DNA of 63,682 nucleotides, the filler included, from Octopus bimaculoides (taxonomy: Eukaryota): NCBI RefSeq assembly GCF_001194135.2. It is 5 parts of 4 records of this genome, joined end to end, with 100 filler letters (N's around TTAATTAATTAA, not from the genome) between each part and the next. Parts side by side here need not be neighbours in the genome. Positions count along the whole stretch, not along the records: positions 49,139 to 62,087 come from NC_068984.1; positions 62,188 to 63,682 come from NC_068998.1; 3 more parts are not named here. One strand, given 5' to 3'. Below, piece after piece: positions 55,340-63,682 of the stretch (positions are counted from its first letter, which is position 1; every line of letters begins with the position of its first letter). The notes beneath the pieces are model-generated. The model saw nothing but the letters and a program-made list of their open reading frames with translations. It ran no database searches and was not told where the DNA came from. The position numbers were made by a program, and so were the translations under genes.

Positions 55340-55810
55340 TTTTGTTCTTCTATTTGTGTCAGTCATTTGACTGCGGCCATGCTGGAGCACAGCCTTTAGT
55401 CGAACAAATCGACCCCAGGACTTATTCTATCGGTCATTTTTGCCGAACCGCTAGTTTACGGGAACGTAAACACATCAACATCGGTTGTCAAGCAATGGTG
55501 GACACACACACACACACACACGCATATATATNNNNNNNNNNNNNNNNNNNNNNNNNNNNNNNNNNNNNNNNNNNNNNNNNNNNNNNNNNNNNNNNNNNNN
55601 NNNNNNNNNNNNNNNNNNNNNNNNNNNNNNNNNNNNNNNNNNNNNNNNNNNNNNNNNNNNNNNNNNNNNNNNNNNNNNNNNNNNNTTTACGACGGTCTTC
55701 TTTCAGTTTCCGTCTACCAAATCCACTCACAAGGCTTTGATCAGCCAGCGGCTATAGGAGAAGACACTTGCCAAAGGTGCCACGCAGTGGGACAGAACCC
55801 GGAACCATGT
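55340..55810 (-). mobile_element. SINE family A, near full length, with an N gap in its internal microsatellite
   Basis: Tail at about 55355-55395; head side CCAAATCCACTCACAAGG...GGTGCCACGCAGTGGGAC. Confidence 0.85.
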
Positions 55811-55873
55811 TATTCAATAAAACTTAATGTCAGTCAGGAGTTGTCCTCCTGTGTCGTGTACAAGCGACTTGCT

Positions 55874-56029
55874 TATTTGTACATTATTTACATTATTTAC
55901 ATTTGACGGATATTTGTCCTCATCTTGTTTGTTGTTAACACAACGTTTCGGCTGATATACCCTCCAGCCTTCATCAGGTGTCTTGGGGAAATTTCGGACC
56001 TGGGTTCTCATTTGTAAGGTAATTTTCCA

Positions 56030-56080
<51 letters not shown>

Positions 56081-56160
56081 CCAAGTTACTGCCTGGAATC
56101 GAATTCGGAATCTTGGGGTTAGTAGCCCGCGCTCTTAACCACTACGCTATATGCTCAGGC
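55874..56160 (-). mobile_element. SINE-like element: tRNA-like head + (AAT)n + hammerhead-containing 3' region + short tandem tail
   Basis: Minus strand order: A-box-like TAGCGTAGTGG and B-box-like GAATTCGATTCC (56160-56090), (AAT)n 56080-56032, hammerhead 55982-55937, tail (AAATAATGT)x2-3 near 55903-55879. Confidence 0.6.
55937..55982 (-). ncRNA. Minimal type I hammerhead ribozyme
   Basis: GACAC-CUGAUGA-A-GGCUG(GAGGGUAUAU)CAGCC-GAA-ACGU-U-GUGUU. Stem I 5 bp (GACAC/GUGUU), stem II 5 bp, palindromic ACGU stem III like the dimer-acting minimal hammerheads of Penelope-like elements and retrozymes. GUU site between 55942 and 55941. Confidence 0.8.
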
Positions 56161-56479
56161 ATATTCTTTAGAGTTGTGCCTCTCAATCATTTATTTCCTA
56201 TGTACTCCTTTTATTTTTTATTTTATTTGGATGTACCCGCATAGCCATTTCACGTTTAAAAGATGTATTATATTTTTGTAATTAAATATTAAGAATTGTG
56301 TAAAAAAATTGTTAAAATATTTTGTGTATTCTAAAAAAAAAATATAACTAATTTATTGCAGATAAGTTTTAGAAATAAAATCTTACATGGGCCCCAGTTA
56401 AGAACTACTGCTTTAAAGAGATCTTATACATCTTCACTACCCGGACAATCATCAATCTCTATAAATAGACGCAATTATA

Positions 56480-56800
56480 GAATAACACAATTACCATTGA
56501 CATATTATTGCTTTTTCTCTTATTTCTGTATCCTGTCCGGTGGTCTGACTATCTATTTGTCGTTTCCTACAGAATATCTATTAATCACGCCCTCCAAACC
56601 CTCTATTTCCGTATATCTTTATGTACAACTGCGACCCTCTCGCCAGTTGATATATAGCATCCTTACATCTGCTCTTTATCTTCTAAGTTTACTCCTAACA
56701 CCTGTTCCATTTCCTAGATATGTCATTTTCTTCATATTTGAAGCATTTTATCAACAACCTATAATGGACCATAAATTTGCTCCTAAGACAGAATAAACAG
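56480..56800 (-). mobile_element. Decayed Dong/R4-like fragment
   Basis: ADVRMLYINWREGR..EIEGL..VINRY (compare ADV.RLY.PR.EGGRGL). Confidence 0.4.
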
Positions 56801-56974
56801 CACATCCAGATCTAACGCGGAATGTTCTACAAAGATTCAGTACGTCTAATTATATGAACTAATTATAATTTAACTCCAGCCTGGAGTAGAATCTATTGCA
56901 ATACTATTTAGTTTGTCACTTAACTAAGTTATTCTAGTATCATGGATTTATTGTTTTTCATTCTCATTATTCTG

Positions 56975-57015
<41 letters not shown>

Positions 57016-57032
57016 TACACACACACACACAG

Positions 57033-57073
<41 letters not shown>

Positions 57074-57334
57074 GGCACGCACACACACATATATGTATGT
57101 ATATATATATATATAAATTAGTTTATGTATATATTAATATTATCTCAGTTTTAAAAAAAACCTTTGACAATGTAAATATGTTAATAGTTACCAGAGGTAG
57201 CAAAATTACACTAATAAACCAAGATATCACAGCCATTTTATAGGTAGAGATACCAAGTTAAAGTGATACATTTTGAGAAGATATGAATAATAACAATAAA
57301 TGGAGCAAAACGCATATAAATAATAACAATATAT

Positions 57335-57393
57335 ATTTTTCATTTCATTTCAAAGTTTCAGCTCAGAGCTGCGGCCATGCTGATGCACCACCG
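57335..57393 (-). mobile_element. Isolated 3' tail of the LINE seen at 17590-17962
   Basis: GTTTCAGCTCAGAGCTGCGGCCATGCTG carries the LINE-type CAGCT/AGCTG stem rather than the SINE-type CAGTC/GACTG. Confidence 0.55.
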
Positions 57394-57541
57394 TATGTAT
57401 GTATATATATATAAATATATATATATATATGTATGTATGTATATTATTTATATTATTATATGATCGAACGCTAGGCATCCATTTCCAAGTAAGTTCTATC
57501 TATCTATCTATCTATATATATATATATATATATGCATATAT

Positions 57542-57650
<109 letters not shown>

Positions 57651-58376
57651 CACACACACACATATATATATACATTTGTATATATACATATATATACATA
57701 CATATGTGACACACATACATATGCATATATATACATACATTCATACTTGCCTGTTTATATGCATACATATTTTCTATAATTAAAACTATAATTAGGAGAA
57801 ATGGGAGTAAATACACATCATCCTATTTATTCAAATTCGACCATGAATTTCTGTAGTATCTTAATCCAGGAGGCATGAAACATAACGCTAACAAATATAC
57901 AGGCCTATGCAAAGTACAGCGTTTTATTTGCACCATGAAGATAAATACAATAATGTTTATTTCTGAAGAACAACTTGATAGGGGTGAGAACGTAGAAATT
58001 GGCATCTGTGCTTTGATGTCCATAAAAATCTAATTTCAAACTTATGAAATCGGAGTGTTATTTATCTATTGGAGTTATTTCAAATAGATTGAATATCAGA
58101 GTTAATATCATCCACTCTCTTTATCTGTTTTATAAGCTTCATTTTCCAGAGACTGTAAATATTTTCGTTATCCAAACTCTTAGATCTCCATAATCGTCAT
58201 CGATTCCCGTCTTCAAAACACCATGTAATAGAAAACTGAGAACCATAGCAGTATTATTTCCCAAGACGCGTCACGAACGGTGCAATCACGATTCGTTCTG
58301 GAAGGAATATGTGTGTTCTAGAAGGAATACTATGGAAGGAATATGTGTGAGCGCTTGTGCATGTGTGTGTATGTGA

Positions 58377-58407
<31 letters not shown>

Positions 58408-58429
58408 TGTGCGCCCGCGTCCGATTATC

Positions 58430-58570
58430 TTTTTTATTTTTTGTCTTTTACTTGTTTCAGTTATTTGATTGTGGCCATGCTGGAGCACTGCATGCTGGGG
58501 CACCGCTTTGTCGAACTGCTTGGTTAGGGGAACATAAACAAGCCAAAACACCGGTTGTCAAGCGCACACC
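58430..58570 (-). mobile_element. SINE family A, 3' half with a duplicated CATGCTGG.GCAC motif
   Basis: GGCCATGCTGGAGCACTGCATGCTGGGGCACC...CGGTTGTCAAGCG. Confidence 0.75.
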
Positions 58571-58964
58571 CTATACATACATACATACAGATATATATAT
58601 ATATNNNNNNNNNNNNNNNNNNNNNNNNNNNNNNNNNNNNNNNNNNNNNNNNNNNNNNNNNNNNNNNNNNNNNNNNNNNNNNNNNNNNNNNNNNNNNNNN
58701 NNNNNNNNNNNNNNNNNNNNNNNNNNNNNNNNNNNNNNNNNNNNNNNNNNNNNNNNNNNNNNNNNNNNNNNNNNNNNNNNNNNNNNNNNNNNNNNNNNNN
58801 NNNNNNNNNNNNNNNNNNNNNNNNNNNNNNNNNNNNNNNNNNNNNNNNNNNNNNNNNNNNNNNNNNNNNNNNNNNNNNNNNNNNNNNNNNNNNNNNNNNN
58901 NNNNNNNNNNNNNNNNNNNNNNNNNNNNNNNNNNNNNNNNNNNNNNNNNNNNNNNNNNNNNNNN

Positions 58965-59270
58965 ATAGTCGTTGACTCTGTCCGTTATTCAAGCTCCGTT
59001 CTTTTTGTTTGTTTGTGCGAATGTGTGTGGGTTAGTGTGTGTACGCATATACATGTATGTATATACGTATGCATGTATGTATGTATGTATGAATGGATGT
59101 ATGCATGTATGTGTATACATGTATGTATGTGTGTGTGTGTGTGCGCATACACACACTTACATGCATGCATACACACACACATGTATATGCGCACACACAC
59201 TAACCCACACACATTCGCACAAACAAACAAAAAGAACGGAGCTCGGATAACGGACAGAGTCAACGACTAT
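58965..59270. repeat. Long inverted repeat (arms of at least 91 bp) around a TATG/TG microsatellite spacer
   Basis: 58965-59055 versus reverse complement of 59180-59270, about 3 mismatches. Visible in the track as near-identical + and - ORFs (MTLSVI.APFFLFVCANVCGLVCVRIYM). Confidence 0.9.
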
Positions 59271-59459
59271 TGAAAAGGTTTCAAGACGCAACGAAAGTTT
59301 TAGAAAAATTAAATAAGTAAATGAGTGGAAACTTTACCGGTGAGTGTGTTGAATAATAAAAGAGGATGACTCTCCCCAGACACAACAGAATATGCTTCAG
59401 CACACGAACTCACATAAAGAATCTTGCAAACCAAATCCAAAAATGAAATATATATATGT

Positions 59460-59515
<56 letters not shown>

Positions 59516-60247
59516 ATGCATATATGTAATATTGTATTATATAGTATTTATATTACATTATATTATTATTATTGAGTTGGTGTATAATTATTGCGGTTTT
59601 TTTATTTTTCCAACAAATTTTATTCAACAAAAACAATAACAATATTTAACAAAAACATCTTTAAATGACGGTCTGACCGTCTGCCAAGCAGTAATCGAAG
59701 CAGATTGTGAATATGCACCGGAATAATCATTAACGATGTTTTTAGTACATGTTGTTATTGTGTTTGTTGAATAAAATTGTTGAAAAAATGCCGCAATAGT
59801 TATGCACCAACCCAATATATTATATTATATTCCTGCGTGTTTATTCGAATCTGCTTTGTCTTAGTTGATTTTCTTGCCGAGCTTCCCAGTTAAATAACAA
59901 AACAATAGAATCAATGCCTGCATGAAAAAACAGCTCTTTACGTCAATCAACAAAATAATTTATTGTTCAAAGCCTTATTTACATCCTTATCTCTTGCCAT
60001 CTGACACAGTCATTCGTTTATCTTTTATTCCAAGTCAAAATGATTGGTCTACGGCGCTTGTTTGTCAGAGACTGGCTCACAAGTCTTAACAGATTCCAAT
60101 CAGATAGTCTATTTACGAGGTGTGATACAAAGACCGTAGTTTGTGGAACAAACAAGTCGGAGAAGAAAAGATAGCATTAGGAATGATGTATGTATGTATG
60201 TATGTGTGTGTGTGTGTGTGTGAGNNNNNNNNNNATGTATGTATGTA

Positions 60248-60314
<67 letters not shown>

Positions 60315-60879
60315 AGGGAAAGATAAGTGGAGGGTTGGTGGAGGGGATTAAACGAAGAGCTCAAATGATATAGCAATATTGGAAAGGGGATGCGAACAAT
60401 TTCAGGGGTTGGGATAGTGATGGCGGAGGTAAGCAAGGGTTTATTTCGGTTGTTTTAGTTTGCCTTATTATTATAGTGTTGATCTACAGCATACAAACCA
60501 CTCATACACGCGCACGCACACACACATATACACACTGTTTTTTGCAAATATGTGCCTGTGTGTATACATACATACATACATACATACATACATACATACA
60601 TACATACGTACATACATAGTGAGAGACTATTTATCGAAAATACGATGAATACTATCTCCAACTTCAGAGCCACATCTATCAGCCTTGTTAAATAACTGGT
60701 TAATCTTCGAATGAATTAACTGGGGAAGGCTTTTATTCACGATCATAGAGATTTTTGATTGAAACTTGAATTTAGTATGCAGTGAGTTACTACAAACAAC
60801 ATGGCTGGACACAGCATCAACAACAACACAACCGAGGAACAGAACGAAAACAACAGCTCAACAGGTAAATAAATTCTTT

Positions 60880-61990
60880 CTAGTTGTAGTTATAGAAGAA
60901 ACCGTAATTGCAAAACTCATTTCTCTTGGAGTTATGAACTGAATATTGATCTATTTAAGTGCTACAAAAAAGCGAAACCAAGCACCGTTTTCGGCTATAA
61001 TGTATCGATTGAAATCATATTGGGACGACCTGCATCCAGAATTAAATCCTTTTACTGCGAAGCAACTACGCCAACAAGCAACATTTGTAGAACATAGAAA
61101 GAAGGTTAATAACTGTAACATCATTAAAAAATCGGAAATTAACCTTCTTCCCAACTCTATAAACAAAAACTAAAAAGTGAATGATATAAGACCACCACGT
61201 GGTATCGCAGCTAGCGACATTCCAACAGATTCTATAGCGCCTGTCAGCCAAACTATATTACTGGCTCAAGTAACTGACCACCGTGCCCCTACTATGACTA
61301 TGGTAAATAGCAGGCAAAAGCACTACGGTTATTGTAGTAGTAGTGGTAGCCAGGATGATATACCGGTGAAATGTGCCCTTACTGAACTTTTCTGAGAAAA
61401 AAATAACTTTGATTTTGAAGGACTCTCTCAAGGAAAGAGTATTCTCTTCCAAAGTAAGTAAAAGACCACCAGATACGACATTGAAAACTGTTAACGAAAT
61501 TGGTGATGAGTATTTACTGTTGTGGACCCATATTCTAGCAGATTAACACCTGTCTATATGCTCTAGCTACTACTGTAAAGCAGTACATGAATGACATTCA
61601 AAAAGTAAACAAAACCGAAAGAACAAATTATTATGATGGGTTTTGAAGACAGAGAAAAAGATAACTGATTTATGGAAGACCACCAGTCATATAATGATGC
61701 CTATTGCATCAAACAAGCAAATCATTATACGTCCCACCAACAGAAAGTATAGAAGGAGATAAAAATGATGTTTAGAGGCAGCAAAAAGAGGACACCTCAC
61801 TTGCAAACTGATTATCCTCAAGCAGGAACTAAAAGTTCTCAGTGAAAAACTCCGACATCAGAAGAGAATAACCGAGAGAAGAACAATAAACAAAAAATTT
61901 AACCTCAACCAGGCAGCAGTATACAGAGATATTCAGAGGAGGAGCAGTAAGTATCACGGAAGGTCCTTCACGAAAAATTTTATCATTTGA
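60880..61990 (+). mobile_element. Dong/R4-clade LINE, N-terminal ORF portion (frameshifted)
   Basis: WSYELNIDLFKCYKKAKP, YRLKSYWDDLHPEL..FTAKQLRQQA, WVLKTEKKITDL, KQELKVLSEKLRHQKRITERRTINKKFNLNQAAVYRDI: characteristic pre-RT motifs of R4/Dong ORFs. Confidence 0.75.
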
Positions 61991-62249
61991 ATATATATGA
62001 GCATGTCTAGATATGTAACTATATGCACGAGAATACATACATAAAGCAAAACATACAAATCTACACACATACATACATACATACATANNNNNNNNNNNNN
62101 NNNNNNNNNNNNNNNNNNNNNNNNNNNNNNNTTAATTAATTAANNNNNNNNNNNNNNNNNNNNNNNNNNNNNNNNNNNNNNNNNNNNATATATATATATA
62201 TATATATACATGCGCTTTCTCATATATACCCATATATACATTTCTATAC

Positions 62250-62282
62250 CAGTAAACTGCGGTCGGCGGCCATCCCCTTGAT
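62250..62282 (-). CDS. Candidate 33-nt micro-exon, phase-compatible with the Hlx homeobox exon
   Basis: Acceptor ctgttctctattctctgtag|AT, donor ACTG|gtatag. Phase 1/1 reading (D)QGDGRRPQFT(G) would join PYSIL. No homology support. Confidence 0.2.
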
Positions 62283-62856
62283 CTACAGAGAATAGAGAAC
62301 AGAACCAGGTTCGTCCTGCACCGAGAAGACCTACCATCAAATATGTTCCAAGCGTGACTGTCCAGTCATTCTTTGTCGTGCGTTAGAATATCTAGCATGT
62401 ATTTAAATGGATACTTTCGCTTTCGAAGACTGCATATGGTGCATAGCATGTGAGGGAGATTCGGTTTTTATTTCTAGCGGGTCATTAGACCACATGCTGG
62501 TTCAATCACTGGCTCCGTTGGTGAGGTATTTCTGAGGATTCTCTGAACTGAATAATTAAAATTCTGTGTTTCTTTCGAAAGAGCCCCAAAGGGAATTACA
62601 AGAGACGCAACAGATACGCTACATACACGCATACATATACATACATACACACATGCACCCATATACATAGATATATACACACACACACATGCATTCATGC
62701 ATTCACATATATACATGTATACGTGTACATACGTAAATACATGCACATATATAGATGCACACACACACATATTACCACCACTACTACTACTAAGCTCAGG
62801 GGTGCCCCATAGGCGAAGCTAAAGAATGTGCAAAAATGGTAAAGCGTACATGAATT

Positions 62857-63100
62857 GTTTATTTTTTCACCTGTTTCACTCATCAGACGGCGGCCATGCT
62901 GGGGCACCGCCTTGAAGAATTTTATTCGAACAAATCTACCCCAGTATATATATATATATATATATATATTTTAACCCTGGCACTTAATCTGTTAGTTACT
63001 CTCTGTCTCTCTCTCTTTTTCTTTCTGCCAAATCGCTAAGTTATGGGAACGGAAACGAACCAACACCGGTTGTCAAGCGGTGGTGAGACACACACACACA
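62857..63100 (-). mobile_element. SINE family A, 3' half
   Basis: GCGGCCATGCTGGGGCACCGCC...GCTAAGTTATGGG...CGGTTGTCAAGCG. Confidence 0.8.
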
Positions 63101-63130
63101 GACACACACAAACATACGTACATACATACA

Positions 63131-63227
<97 letters not shown>

Positions 63228-63400
63228 AAACACGTACATACACTTATACACACATACATTTATATATATATATATATATGTTTGTGAGTGTGAGTGTATA
63301 TAGACATGCACACACGCACACGCACAGACACACACACAAACACACACACATTTGGTAGGAGTTACATGTATTTTTTTAATAACGTTTTGACTCAGCGCCG

Positions 63401-63449
63401 CATGACTTAAAGTTTCGTAGTCAGGCAGGATGCGTCCACCTCATCAGAT
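63401..63449 (-). ncRNA. Type I hammerhead ribozyme motif (minus strand)
   Basis: Reverse complement AU-CUGAUGA-G-GUGG(AC GCA UCC UGC CUGA)CUAC-GAAA-CUUUAAGUC-AUG. Core intact, stem II GUGG/CUAC plus GCA/UGC, GUC site between 63404 and 63403. Stem I is short (about 3 bp). Confidence 0.55.
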
Positions 63450-63457
63450 AATTGGAG

Positions 63458-63509
63458 GCATCTGATGAGATGACCGGGTTCTACGCGCCCACGAAACTTT
63501 AAGTCATGT
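63458..63509 (+). ncRNA. Type I hammerhead ribozyme motif (plus strand)
   Basis: GCAU-CUGAUGA-G(AUGACCGGGUUCUACGCGCCCA)C-GAAA-CUUUAAGUC-AUGU. Core intact, stem III ACU/AGU, GUC cleavage triplet (site after 63505), stem I GCAU/AUGU. Stem II is imperfect. Confidence 0.55.
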
Positions 63510-63682
63510 GGACCTTAGTCAGACTGTTATTATACACACGCACACCCACACAAACACACACACACACACACGCATACACATTTACACCTAATCACATATA
63601 TACGTATATATACACAGAACGAGAGGGCGGAAGCGAGTAGGTAGTTTATATATATATATATGTGATTAGGTGTAAATGTGTA

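Larger units (their letters stand above)
63378..63531. repeat. 154-bp imperfect palindrome carrying hammerhead cores on both strands
   Basis: Left AATAAC..TGACT..CATGACTTAAAGTTTCGT...CTCATCAGAT mirrors right ATCTGATGAG...ACGAAACTTTAAGTCATG..AGTCA..GTTATT around a 10-nt centre (AATTGGAGGC). Confidence 0.9.

Noticed and set aside
56090-56160. Possible tRNA gene
   Set aside because: A/B boxes and an anticodon-like loop are present, but the cloverleaf is broken (extra bases before the D arm, mismatched T and acceptor stems) and it runs into (AAT)n: a SINE head.
59624-59815. ORF ending ..RPSFKDVF as a possible Hlx exon 2
   Set aside because: No usable phase-1 donor after the motif; resemblance to HLX QFQDTFP is too weak.
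60112-60135. TACGAGGTGTGATACAAAG mariner-TIR-like word (similar word near 48442)
   Set aside because: Single degenerate end with no partner TIR or transposase remnant.
62868-62890. CTGATGAGTGAAAC on the minus strand (hammerhead-like)
   Set aside because: No stem II; arises from point mutations in a SINE A tail.

Overview
AT-rich, microsatellite-saturated animal genomic DNA from a gapped draft assembly. The repeat families look like those of Octopus (inference from memory, not a database hit). Many N gaps; four 100-bp gaps carry an artificial TTAATTAATTAA spacer. Nearly all ORFs in the supplied track are microsatellite or gap artefacts. One host exon is unambiguous: a 188-nt minus-strand exon (50679-50492) encoding residues 1-44 of an H2.0-like (Hlx) homeodomain. 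I could not find the exon for the recognition helix (VKVWFQNRR) in the called sequence. The rest is intronic/intergenic: at least three tRNA-headed SINE families, decayed LINEs (RTE, Dong/R4, a CR1/L2-like 3' end, an R2/NeSL-like RT), a piggyBac fossil, a Tigger-like MITE and a mariner fold-back made of two transposase 3' ends. The most interesting signals are hammerhead-ribozyme motifs: a 154-bp palindrome with one hammerhead core on each strand (63378-63531), a tRNA-headed SINE-like element with an intact minimal type I hammerhead (55937-55982), and two decayed hammerheads. All family assignments come from manual translation and recalled motifs; no searches or folding programs were run.
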